Below are positions 8,247 to 17,323 of a stretch of 64,000 nt of DNA, piece by piece (the stretch's first letter is position 1; each line of letters starts with the position of its first letter). Position numbers and translations under genes: made by a program. This DNA is from an uncultured Gemmatimonadales bacterium (GTDB lineage: Bacteria; Gemmatimonadota; Gemmatimonadetes; Longimicrobiales; RSA9). The stretch spans positions 32,001 to 96,000 of the forward strand of contig CAWAMW010000006.1 in the NCBI GenBank assembly GCA_963783305.1, given 5' to 3'. The notes beneath the pieces were generated by a model. The model was not told the origin of the DNA. It saw nothing but the letters and a program-made list of their open reading frames with translations, and made no database searches.

Positions 8247-10391
8247 ATGCTCCAGGCACCCGTCATCCTCGACGCAGACATGTCCGTCATCGCGGCGCTG
8301 GGCCGCCTGCGGAGCTATCCCGGCCACGCGCTCGTGGTGGTCCGGCGACAGCGGGATCTCGAGATCTTCTTCCACGTCTTTACGGTCGAGGCCCTCCAGG
8401 AGGAGCTGAGGGCGGGAGCGCCCGCTCGGGGATCGACAGACACCGTTGGGCGCGTCCTGGGCCTGGACCTGCGACCGGCCTCTCCCACACGACAGCTCGA
8501 GGACGGCGACGCATCCGACGCGACGTTCGGCGGTGTGCTCCTGGACGGGTTGGCGATTCTCGGGGTCGTCCGGCCCGATGTGATCGCCCGGACCCGCGCG
8601 GCGGCCCCGCGGGTCCCCGAGGAGGCCGTCGGGCGGGGCGGGGGCTTCCTGGCCCGAATGGGGGGAGGGCTGGGGCACCGCCGGACCCGCGGCCGCGCCC
8701 CGGAGGCCGTGCCCCCTGGCATGACCGGGGACGGCGAGGCGCTGGGGGAGCTCGAGTCTACGCGCGCATGGACCGGCGAGGTCGCGCTCCCGTCTTCCAC
8801 GCTGGAGGAGGAAAGCGTCGCCGAACCCGCGGCCGCGCCGATGCGGCGGTTCGAGGCCCACCCCCGCCTGGAGCTGGAGCACGACGTGGTGGAGCCCGGC
8901 CAGCGGTTCGAGCTGACCGTCGGCCTCGCGCGGGAAGCGGTGCAGGGGGTGAGCGGAAGCCTGATCACGGCGTCGATCCCGTCGAACGCCCGTCACCTCG
9001 ACCTGGACGTGCAGGTCGTCGCCGACGAGTTCCAGGCGCCCGCCGGCTGGTACTTTCGCCTACGGGTACCCGTGGATGCGCCGGAATCGGCGCAGATCGC
9101 CGTTCCACTGGTGGCTCCGGAAGGCGAAGTCACCCGTCAGACGCTCCTGGAAGTGCACTTCTCGCACGCCGGGGCTCCCGCGGGGGTGGCGTTCCGGCGG
9201 ATCGGCGTCCGAGCGGCGGCTGTCCCGTCGGTCCCTGGGGCCGGGGAGCCGTGGCTCCGCCCTACGGCGGCGCCGGCGATTCTCATCGATCCGGCCGATC
9301 CGCCGCCTGACCTATGGATCACCATCTCGAAGCCCGACGGCAACGAGGCGACGGGGCGGTTCCTGTGGAGCTTCCAGTCGCCGCACGACATCGAGCTGCC
9401 CCGGAGCCCTCTGCCCATGGACCTGGGGCACGACGCGCCGACCTTCGCCGCCCGGATCGTGCGGCTCGTGACGGAGAACGAGGGGTCGGAGCTCATTGAC
9501 GAGGCGCTGGTGGGGCTGGGCCGCCAGATCGCGGAGAAGGCCCCGGCGGAGCTCGGCCTCGTGCTGAGCCGCCTCCGGGCGGCCATCCCGGCTTCCGACC
9601 GCGCGCCGACGATCCTGCTCCAGAGCGCGGAAGCCCACGTGCCGTGGGAGCTTGCACTTCTCGACGATCCGCCGGATCCGACCCTGCCGCCACTCCTGGG
9701 AGCCCAGTTCGCCGTCGGCCGCTGGCTCCTCGGGCCCCGGACCGTGCGGATCCCGCCCGCCCGGGAGGTGGTGGTGCGGTCCATGGTGGTCGTGGCCGGC
9801 GACTACAAGAGCAGTCGGCGGCTCCGGCTCCTGCCCCAGGCCGAAGCCGAGGGCGACGCACTGGTGGCGCGGTACGGCGCGGCCCGGATGGCCGCCACCG
9901 CGCCGGAGCTGAACCGGCTCCTGGCCGGCGACTCGCAGGCCATCCACTTCGCCTGCCACGGCGAGGTCGACCCGGGGGACCCCGCCACCGGCCGGATCTT
10001 CCTCGACGACGACCAGCCACTGGACCCCATCCACTTCCTCCAGGCGGAGGTGGGGCGGCGTCATCAGCCGTTCCTCTTCCTGAACGCCTGCCAGGTGGGC
10101 CAGGCCGGTGAGCTCCTGGGCGACTATGCCGGGTTCGCCGGCAGCTGCCTGCGCAATGCGTTCCGCGGCTTCATCGCGCCACTCTGGTCCGTGGACGATG
10201 AGATCGCCCACACCATCGCGCTGGAGTTCTACGAGTCCGCTTTCGGAGACGAGCACCGGGACCCGATCCCCGTGGGCGAGGTGCTGCGGCGGATCCGGGC
10301 GCGGTTCCCCCGCAACGACTCCGTCGCCCCCTCCACGTGGCTGGCGTACGTCTTCTACGGGAATCCCAACCTCATCCTGCGGAGGGCTTGA
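8247..10391 (+). CDS. CHAT (caspase-like) domain protein with N-terminal CBS-like and beta-sandwich (TCAD7-like) regions
   Basis: VPWELA, IHFACHG (His), FLFLNACQVG (Cys), FIAPLWSVDD, WLAYVFYGNP. Confidence 0.88.
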   Translation: MLQAPVILDADMSVIAALGRLRSYPGHALVVVRRQRDLEIFFHVFTVEALQEELRAGAPARGSTDTVGRVLGLDLRPASPTRQLEDGDASDATFGGVLLDGLAILGVVRPDVIARTRAAAPRVPEEAVGRGGGFLARMGGGLGHRRTRGRAPEAVPPGMTGDGEALGELESTRAWTGEVALPSSTLEEESVAEPAAAPMRRFEAHPRLELEHDVVEPGQRFELTVGLAREAVQGVSGSLITASIPSNARHLDLDVQVVADEFQAPAGWYFRLRVPVDAPESAQIAVPLVAPEGEVTRQTLLEVHFSHAGAPAGVAFRRIGVRAAAVPSVPGAGEPWLRPTAAPAILIDPADPPPDLWITISKPDGNEATGRFLWSFQSPHDIELPRSPLPMDLGHDAPTFAARIVRLVTENEGSELIDEALVGLGRQIAEKAPAELGLVLSRLRAAIPASDRAPTILLQSAEAHVPWELALLDDPPDPTLPPLLGAQFAVGRWLLGPRTVRIPPAREVVVRSMVVVAGDYKSSRRLRLLPQAEAEGDALVARYGAARMAATAPELNRLLAGDSQAIHFACHGEVDPGDPATGRIFLDDDQPLDPIHFLQAEVGRRHQPFLFLNACQVGQAGELLGDYAGFAGSCLRNAFRGFIAPLWSVDDEIAHTIALEFYESAFGDEHRDPIPVGEVLRRIRARFPRNDSVAPSTWLAYVFYGNPNLILRRA

Positions 10392-11896
10392 TGGACCGCT
10401 TCGACCTCCATGGCGGCGGCCGACCGGTCGATATCGGCGCGGGCTACGTCCTCCGGGCACCGGGGCTGGCAGGCGTGGGCGAGGTGTTCACGCCCCGACC
10501 GGGCCGAGCCGTAAGTCGCGCTGCCGCCCCCGCGACGCCGGAGTTGGAGGCGGCGTTCGCGAGTACGGACGTGGAGGAGGCCGCCACCATCGCGCTGGAG
10601 GTCCAATCCACCGCCCCGCCGGCCGGCGAGACGACGCTGCGATCGGCGGCGGGTCAGGAAGCGCTGGAGCTGGAGGTTCCCGACCTGGGTCCCGCGCGCG
10701 GGCAGATGATCCTCTCCATAGGCGAGAACGGGGTGGCCACCTGGCACTTCCCGGAGCCCGTTGCCGGACGCGGGACCGGCACCAGCAGGGGGGGAGGCCC
10801 GACGCGTCGGTTCCTGATCCCCAGCGAGCCGGTCCCGCCGCCGACCGCACCGGCCACGCACCGGGGCTTCGTCGGCGCCATTGGCCGGAAGCTCCTCAAG
10901 GTGCTGGTCTACCCGGTGACCGACGACCTGATCGGTGCGGCCGGGAACGCGTTCGCGGCCAGGTGGGAGGCCGGGCACCGTCCCTATCGGGTCCGCCGGT
11001 TCGCTCCCGAGAGCTACACGAGCCCGGACGTGCCCGACCTGGAGCCGGATGACTGGCGTGGCCTGGCGGATGGACCGGCCCTCCTCTTCGTTCACGGCAC
11101 CTTCAGCACCTCCCACGGCGCGTTCGGGGGCCTCCCGCTGGCTCTCGTCCAGGAGCTCGATCGTCGCTACGACGGGCGAGTCATCGCTTTCGACGCTCAC
11201 ACCCTATCGGAGGATCCCGTCCGGAACGCCGCTACCTTCCTGGCCGCGATCCCCGCCGGCGCCTCGCTCGAGCTGGACGTGGTCTGCCACAGCCGTGGCG
11301 GGCTGGTGTCCCGGCAGCTGGCGGCGCAGCGGGAGGCCGGCGGCGGCACCGCCGAGGTGCGACGGGGCGTGTTCGTGGGCGTTCCCAATGCCGGCACCGC
11401 CCTGGCCGATCCGGACCACCTGATCCACATGATCGACCGCTTCACCACGGCGATGCTGCTGATCCCCGGTGGACCGGTGACGGAGATCATGGAGGGCGTG
11501 ATCACGGCCGTGAAGGTACTCGGTCACGGGGTGGTGGGCGGCCTGCCCGGGCTGGCGGCCATGCGGCCGGGCGGCGAGCTGCTCCGTGGCCTGGCCGGGG
11601 TCCCCACAACGGGCGAGTGGTATGCCATCACCGCCGATTACGAGCCGCCGGCGGACACCCTGGGGAGGCTGGTCCGGACCACCGCGGTCGACCTCGTCAT
11701 GGATCGGGTGTTCGGCAGCGATCCAAACGACCTGGTCGTCCCGACGACCGGCGTATTCGAGGCGGAGGGAGCGGCCGGGTTCCCCATCCCCGAGGGCCGG
11801 ATCCAACGATTCGGGGCCGCCGCCGGGGTCACGCACACAACCTATTTCTCGGCGCCCGAAACCGTTCGGGCTCTAGAGAACTGGCTGCGGGGCTGA
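10391..11896 (+). CDS. Alpha/beta-hydrolase (lipase/PGAP1-like) with ~200-aa N-terminal extension
   Basis: ATG overlaps the upstream TGA (TGATG); LFVHGTFS, VCHSRGGLVSR nucleophile elbow, GVPNAGT, NDLVVP (Asp), VTHTTYF (His). Confidence 0.88.
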   Translation: MDRFDLHGGGRPVDIGAGYVLRAPGLAGVGEVFTPRPGRAVSRAAAPATPELEAAFASTDVEEAATIALEVQSTAPPAGETTLRSAAGQEALELEVPDLGPARGQMILSIGENGVATWHFPEPVAGRGTGTSRGGGPTRRFLIPSEPVPPPTAPATHRGFVGAIGRKLLKVLVYPVTDDLIGAAGNAFAARWEAGHRPYRVRRFAPESYTSPDVPDLEPDDWRGLADGPALLFVHGTFSTSHGAFGGLPLALVQELDRRYDGRVIAFDAHTLSEDPVRNAATFLAAIPAGASLELDVVCHSRGGLVSRQLAAQREAGGGTAEVRRGVFVGVPNAGTALADPDHLIHMIDRFTTAMLLIPGGPVTEIMEGVITAVKVLGHGVVGGLPGLAAMRPGGELLRGLAGVPTTGEWYAITADYEPPADTLGRLVRTTAVDLVMDRVFGSDPNDLVVPTTGVFEAEGAAGFPIPEGRIQRFGAAAGVTHTTYFSAPETVRALENWLRG

Positions 11897-11913
11897 CCCG
11901 CGGAGGAGGCTGG

Positions 11914-14034
11914 ATGGCCAGGAACTACGAAAACTTCGACCTCGAGATCCGGGGCGGCGATGACGGCTACACCGTTCACCTCGTCTCACCGGCGGGACGG
12001 GTGACCGCGCCGTTCCGGATCCCCCTCACGGACCAGGAGCTCAAGATCCTGGGGCTCACCGTGGCCCGGGGTCGGCGGACCCGCGCGCTGGCCAGCACCC
12101 GCGAGGTGGACGAGGTAAAGGCGTACGGTCAGCGTTTGTTCGACGGGCTGTTCACCGGAGATGTCCTGGGAAGCTACCAGGCCAGCCTCGGCGGCCTCCG
12201 GGCAGACCGACATACGGGTCTCCGGATCCGGCTCCGTCTCACCGACGCGCCCGAGCTCGCTCAGATCCCCTGGGAATACCTGTACGATGCACCCAATCGG
12301 CGATTCCTCGCCCTGGAGGACGAGACCCCCATCGTCCGCTATCTCGACCTGCCCCTGCCGACCGGGCCCCTCCGGGTCGAGCCCCCGCTCCGGATCCTGG
12401 TCATGATCGCCAGCCCCGGGGACATCCCGCCCCTCGATGTGGCCGAGGAGTGGGCCCGTCTCAACCAGGCGCTGGCCGACCTGGTCCGGGCCGGCCACGT
12501 CGAGCTGCACCGGCTCGATCACGCCACCGTGTCCGGCCTCCGCTGGAAGCTCAAGGAAGAGGAGTTCCACGTCTTCCACTTCATCGGGCACGGCGGCGTG
12601 GACGGCCCCACTGGCCGGGGCGTGCTCATCTTCGAGGACACCGAGGGCCGCTCCGACGCCGTGGACGCCGAGACCGTCGCCGGACTCCTGTCCGCCGAGC
12701 GCACGCTCCGGCTGGCGGTTCTCAACGCCTGCGAGGGAGGACGGGCCAGCGCTGGCGACATCTACGCCGGAACCGCCCAGACCCTCGTCCAGCGGGACGT
12801 CCCCGCCGTCATCGCCATGCAGTTCGAGATCAGCGACGAAGCCGCCATCGCCCTCACCCACGACTTCTACAAGGCCCTCTCCCTCGGTGACCCCGTGGAC
12901 GCCGCCCTCACGGAGGCCCGGCGCGGACTGCGGTGGGAGCAACGGAACGAGCTGGAATGGGGCACGCCCGTCCTCTACACCCGCGCCGCCGACGGCCGGC
13001 TGTTCGATGTCACCGGCGAGGCCCGGCCGCCGGACGCGTCGACCCTCCCACCCGCACAGCCCCCGTCGGAGGTGGTGGAGGCCAGCGCGCCGGGACAGCG
13101 GCCCGCCACTCCCGAAGATCGAGACCGGGCACGACGGATCGCCGGTCTGATCCACGAGAGCCAGCTCGCGGTCTACTCGGAGCGTTGGGGTGACGCGGCG
13201 GCGCTCCTCCAGGAAGTTCTCGACCTGGAGCCGGAGCACGGCGAAGCCATCAAGCGGCTGGCGGCGGTGCGCCGGGAGGAGCAGGTCGCTACCCTCTACC
13301 GCACCGCCGCCGACCACCAGCAGGCGGGAGACATTGCCGCCGCCGTGGCCGGATTCGAGCGGGTCCGGGATATCGATCCCGAGTACAGAGGGGTGACGCA
13401 GCACATAAAGCTGCTTCAGAAGGAGCAGAAGGCCGCCCTGTCGTCCCGCAGAGTCGACACCGGCGCCGCTGACCGGAACGAGCGATCGCCGGATCGCAGC
13501 CCCCGATCACGCGCCCCGCGGATCGCGGCGGGAGCGGCCCTGGTCGTTGCGGGCGGATTGGCGTTCAGCGCGTGGTACGGCGAGCCGAGCGTGGTGCCCG
13601 TGCCGGTGCACACCCCGGCCGTGGTCGAGCCAGAGGCGCCGGACGCCCCGGCCTACGAGCCCCCGTACGAGCCGGATCCGGCTCCGGCGACCGTGGCGAG
13701 TCCGATGAACCGGGACGCAGAGGCCCGCCAGCTGGGGCTGGTCCCGGCCGGGTCAGCCCTCACCGGCAGACTGGCCGAGGGTGGGGAGCAGGTCTACGAC
13801 CTCCCGCTCCAGGCGGGAAACACCTACGTGATAGCCGGCTCCTGCAATGGGGCGTGCGAGGACCTCGACCTGGCGATGAGCGAGGTCGGCAACGTCATCG
13901 CCGTGGACGACCAGCTCGATGCCGAGCCGGTGGTGACGCTGGTGGTACTGGTAACCGCCACGTATCAGCTTCACGTCACCATGCCGGGCTGCGCCGCCGG
14001 GAGCTGCGCCTACCGGGTCCAGCCGTACCGCTGA
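11914..14034 (+). CDS. Membrane-anchored CHAT-TPR protease with extracytoplasmic PPC-like domain
   Basis: GGAGGAGG RBS then MARNYENFDLEI; IPWEYLYD, FHFIGHG (His), VLNACEG (Cys), EWGTPVLY; TPR-like helices; TM IAAGAALVVAGGLAFSAWY; Cys-containing C-terminal beta domain. Confidence 0.88.
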   Translation: MARNYENFDLEIRGGDDGYTVHLVSPAGRVTAPFRIPLTDQELKILGLTVARGRRTRALASTREVDEVKAYGQRLFDGLFTGDVLGSYQASLGGLRADRHTGLRIRLRLTDAPELAQIPWEYLYDAPNRRFLALEDETPIVRYLDLPLPTGPLRVEPPLRILVMIASPGDIPPLDVAEEWARLNQALADLVRAGHVELHRLDHATVSGLRWKLKEEEFHVFHFIGHGGVDGPTGRGVLIFEDTEGRSDAVDAETVAGLLSAERTLRLAVLNACEGGRASAGDIYAGTAQTLVQRDVPAVIAMQFEISDEAAIALTHDFYKALSLGDPVDAALTEARRGLRWEQRNELEWGTPVLYTRAADGRLFDVTGEARPPDASTLPPAQPPSEVVEASAPGQRPATPEDRDRARRIAGLIHESQLAVYSERWGDAAALLQEVLDLEPEHGEAIKRLAAVRREEQVATLYRTAADHQQAGDIAAAVAGFERVRDIDPEYRGVTQHIKLLQKEQKAALSSRRVDTGAADRNERSPDRSPRSRAPRIAAGAALVVAGGLAFSAWYGEPSVVPVPVHTPAVVEPEAPDAPAYEPPYEPDPAPATVASPMNRDAEARQLGLVPAGSALTGRLAEGGEQVYDLPLQAGNTYVIAGSCNGACEDLDLAMSEVGNVIAVDDQLDAEPVVTLVVLVTATYQLHVTMPGCAAGSCAYRVQPYR

Positions 14035-14200
14035 GCCAGGGCGTCGGTCGCGCCCTGGACCCCTCCCGGACGGAGCACGAGCCATGGACACCGGGATCCT
14101 CTGCGTGGGCATGGTCGGATAGACGGTGGACGCGTAGCTGGCTCAGCTCGGGCAACCTGTCGCACTCGGCACCCGGGGGATGCGGTGGTGGGCGCGCGGG

Positions 14201-14578
14201 TCAGCCCCCGAGCAGGATCCCCGGCCTGGTCGTCCACCAGACCGCCGCGATGAGGACCAGCTGAAGCGGCAGTCGCAGCCACAGCCACACCGGCGCCACG
14301 CCGAACCCGGCACGGGCGGGCGCCACAGCCATGTAGACGTTGGCGGGGAATACAGCAACGAGAAGCGCCACCAGCCACAGGCCCGCCCACGGCCGGAGCG
14401 CCGGGACCAGCAGCGCCAGCCCCCCTACCACCTCCGCGACACCGCTGATGTAGACGAGCGCCCTGCGGTACCGCAGGAACGGCGGGACGATGCGGGCATA
14501 GGCCGCGGGGCGCACGAAGTGGAGGACGCCGGCAAGAACGAAGACCACGGCGAAGAAGTAGACGAACAGGCTCCTCAT
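14201..14578 (-). CDS. DoxX-like membrane protein
   Basis: AGVLHF, IVPPFL, YISGVAE, AVFPANVYMA, LRLPLQ. Confidence 0.85.
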   Translation of the reverse strand: MRSLFVYFFAVVFVLAGVLHFVRPAAYARIVPPFLRYRRALVYISGVAEVVGGLALLVPALRPWAGLWLVALLVAVFPANVYMAVAPARAGFGVAPVWLWLRLPLQLVLIAAVWWTTRPGILLGG

Positions 14579-14887
14579 GGGCCGAACCGAGGTGCGACGG
14601 GCGCTCTCCGGGCCGGGCGGGTCCGCCCGCACGGGTGCGCGCCTCGGCCGTGGGGATCAGCCTTGGACATGGAGCGTGTGGGCACGTGGAGGAGGGTTCG
14701 GGGGGAGCCGCGGAAGCCAGAGTAAGGTAGGGGGCGCCGTCGGTTCTTCCAAGAGTGGAAATACGCCGGTCCCGAATGAGTGCGGTGTGATCAGCTCGAC
14801 CCGTTGCGCCATGGATGCGCGCCGGCGGCGGCGGTACTTTGTGGGCACTACCCGACCTGGAGCTGCGCCCACTCTCGCCGCCTGACT

Positions 14888-15610
14888 ATGCAACCCTCGC
14901 CCTTCTCTCCCGAGCTCTTCGCCTTCTTCCGTGAGCTGCATGCCAACAACCGCAAGGACTGGTTCGAGGCGAACCGGTCGCGATACGAGGAGCACGTCCT
15001 CGATCCGTCCAGGGTCTTCGTCCTGGCGTTCCGCTCGAAGCTGCGGGCGATCAGTCCGGAGTTCCAGGCTGAGCCGCGGGTGCAGGGAGGCTCGCTCTTC
15101 CGGATCCACACGAACCGGCGATTCAATCCGGACCGGCCCCCGTACAAGACCCACGCGGGGATCCAGTTCCGCCACCTGGGCGGTGGCAGCGCCGGCGACG
15201 TCCATGGGCCCGGCTTCTACCTCCACCTCGAGCCAACGGGCGGGACGGAGGGCGGGGAAGGGGGCTGCTTCATGGGGCTGGGGAGCTGGCGGCCGGATCG
15301 GGACGCGCTGGCCGCGATCCGGGACCGCATCGTGGAGGACCCGGACTCGTGGATCGGGGCGACCCGCCAGGACGCCGGCTTCTCGTCCACCTTCCGGCTG
15401 GGCGGCGACCGCCTGGTGCGCGGCCCGGTGGGCTACGACCGCGGCCACCCGCTGATCGACGACATCAAGCGGAAGGACTTCATCGCCATCGCGGAACTGA
15501 CCGAGGACGACGTGGTGAGCGACGGCTTCGTAGAATCCTTCGCCGGGAGGTGCCGGTCGGGCGCGCCGTTCGTACGCTGGCTGTGCGAGGCGGTCGGCGT
15601 CGCATTCTAG
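14888..15610 (+). CDS. DUF2461 (TIGR02453) family protein
   Basis: FFRELHANNRKDWFEANRSRYE, LFRIH..RF..PPYKTH, GPGFYLHLEP. Confidence 0.9.
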   Translation: MQPSPFSPELFAFFRELHANNRKDWFEANRSRYEEHVLDPSRVFVLAFRSKLRAISPEFQAEPRVQGGSLFRIHTNRRFNPDRPPYKTHAGIQFRHLGGGSAGDVHGPGFYLHLEPTGGTEGGEGGCFMGLGSWRPDRDALAAIRDRIVEDPDSWIGATRQDAGFSSTFRLGGDRLVRGPVGYDRGHPLIDDIKRKDFIAIAELTEDDVVSDGFVESFAGRCRSGAPFVRWLCEAVGVAF

Positions 15611-15697
15611 CGCTTCCGCCCTCGCGGCGGCTGCAGATGCACATGCCGCCGGCCCCAGGAGGCCGGCGGCATCCGTTCCCGCTGGGCGAGCGGGGCG

Positions 15698-15913
15698 CTA
15701 GTCCGTCCGCTCCTTCTCGAGCTCCGCCCGGCGCTTCTCCTCGCGCGCTTCCCGGGCCTTCTCCTGGGCGCGGGCCTCGTCCTGCTCCGCCCGGCCCTTC
15801 TTCTGCTCCAGCTTACCTTCCCGCTCCATCTCACGGTCGCCCAGAAGCTCTCCCGCCTTCTCCTTCATCTTGCCGCCGACGTGTTCCGCCTTGCCCGCTG
15901 CCTCGTCCGCCAT
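15698..15913 (-). CDS. csbD: CsbD family general stress protein
   Basis: GKMKEKAGELLGDREMEREGKLEQKKGRAE; GAGGAGGAG RBS. Confidence 0.85.
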   Translation of the reverse strand: MADEAAGKAEHVGGKMKEKAGELLGDREMEREGKLEQKKGRAEQDEARAQEKAREAREEKRRAELEKERTD

Positions 15914-15965
15914 GGTGCTCCTCCTCGATGGGGGTCTCGGATCCGTCTCCTCAGCGTAAAAAAGG

Positions 15966-15980
15966 GCAAGGCGCATGCCG
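15966..15980 (-). promoter_or_regulatory. Sigma54-like -24/-12 promoter upstream of csbD (CGGCAT-GCGCC-TTGC)
   Basis: Matches YGGCAY-N5-TTGC with the correct GG-N10-GC spacing. Confidence 0.55.
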
Positions 15981-16113
15981 ACGCCGCGGGGCTGAGGGGT
16001 GACGGTTCGCTTTCCCAAACCACGCCCCGGAACGAGGGAGCTCGTGATCAATGCTCTCACCAATGCGGTGGGGAACGACCGTAGAGGAGTCCTTGCCTCG
16101 CCACCGCTCTAGC

Positions 16114-16140
16114 ATGTATTCTACATTATGTTAAAAACAT
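16114..16140. promoter_or_regulatory. Tandem 13-bp palindromes ATGTAttcTACAT and ATGTTaaaAACAT upstream of the ATPase gene
   Basis: AT-rich island in GC-rich DNA ending 12 bp before the ATG at 16153. Confidence 0.55.
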
Positions 16141-16152
16141 GACAGAGCGCGT

Positions 16153-17310
16153 ATGAGCGACAGGAATCCATTCGAGTACGGGCGGGAGCTGGACCGTGCG
16201 GAGTTGGTGGACCGCGAGGCCGAGCTGACGGAGATCGCGCGCGTGATCCGGAACCGCGGGAAGCTGTTCCTCATAGGGCCGCGCCGGTTCGGCAAGACCT
16301 CGCTGCTGGCCGCGGCGGCGGCGGATGCGACCCGGGCGGGGACGGTGGTCCTCCGGTTCGATGCGGAGAAGTACGAGACGCTGCCGCTCCTGGCGGCGGC
16401 CATCCTGACGGCGGCGGTGCGGTCGCTCCAGGGGCCGGTAGAGAAGCTGGCCGGGATGCTGGCGCGGGCGGCGTCGCGGCTGCGGCCGACGGTGGAGGTG
16501 GACCCGCTGACGGGGGCGGTCTCGGTGGGGATTGGGGCGTCGTCATCGGAGTTGGGTGCGCTGCCGCTGCTGGCGGAGTCGCTGGACGCGGTGGAGGTGT
16601 TGGCGGCGGAGTCGGGTCGGGACGTGGTGGTGGTGCTGGACGAAGTGCAGCAGGTGGTGGTGGAGCACGGCGAGGCGGCGGAGCGGCAGCTGCGGGCGAC
16701 GGTGCAGGGGCATCGTCACGTGGGATACATCTTCGCCGGGTCGGCGACTCGCCTCCTGACGGCCATGACGACGGACGCGAACCGGCCCTTCTACCGGCTG
16801 GGCGCCATAACCTTCCTGGGCCCGGTCCCCGCGGCCGACTTCCTGGCCTTCCTGGACGAGGGCTTCCGCGCGAGCGGGTTCGCCGTTGCGGAGGGCGGAT
16901 GCGCCCGTATTCTCGAGCGCGCGGACGGGGTGCCGTACAACGTGCAGCGGCTGGCCCACGAGGCGTGGGAGATGCTGCGGGCGGGCGAGGTCTCGTCGCT
17001 GGAGCCGTCGGTGGTGGATCGTGCGGTGGAGCGCATCGTCGCCCGGGAGGACCCGGCGTACACGCAGCTGTGGACGTCGCTTACGACGAACCAGAAGAAG
17101 TCCCTGAAGGCGGCCATCGCGCTGGGAGGCACGGGGCTGCAGTCGGCCGAGGCCGGGCGGCGGTTCGACATCTCGCCGGCCAGTGTCCAGGTGGCGCTGG
17201 CGGCGCTGGAGGACCGACACCTGCTCCGGCGGGAAACGGACGCGGCCGGCCGCTACCGGCTGGTGGACCCGTTCCTGGCCGCCTGGCTCGCGGCGGCGCA
17301 GTCGGTATGA
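16153..17310 (+). CDS. P-loop ATPase (archaeal ATPase/STAND-like) with C-terminal winged HTH
   Basis: NPFEYG, LVDREAEL, Walker A GPRRFGKT, Walker B VVLDEVQ, FAGS, GVPYNVQ, YRLVDPFLAAWL. Confidence 0.88.
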   Translation: MSDRNPFEYGRELDRAELVDREAELTEIARVIRNRGKLFLIGPRRFGKTSLLAAAAADATRAGTVVLRFDAEKYETLPLLAAAILTAAVRSLQGPVEKLAGMLARAASRLRPTVEVDPLTGAVSVGIGASSSELGALPLLAESLDAVEVLAAESGRDVVVVLDEVQQVVVEHGEAAERQLRATVQGHRHVGYIFAGSATRLLTAMTTDANRPFYRLGAITFLGPVPAADFLAFLDEGFRASGFAVAEGGCARILERADGVPYNVQRLAHEAWEMLRAGEVSSLEPSVVDRAVERIVAREDPAYTQLWTSLTTNQKKSLKAAIALGGTGLQSAEAGRRFDISPASVQVALAALEDRHLLRRETDAAGRYRLVDPFLAAWLAAAQSV

Positions 17311-17323
17311 CGCGTCCGGGGAT

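Noticed and set aside
6074..8290. Extended N-termini in the ORF track (e.g. starts at 8290, 10337, 11617, 38074, 54747, 63968)
   Set aside because: Extensions overlap neighbouring genes and lack homology; downstream starts with an RBS, signal peptide or stop-start coupling were used instead
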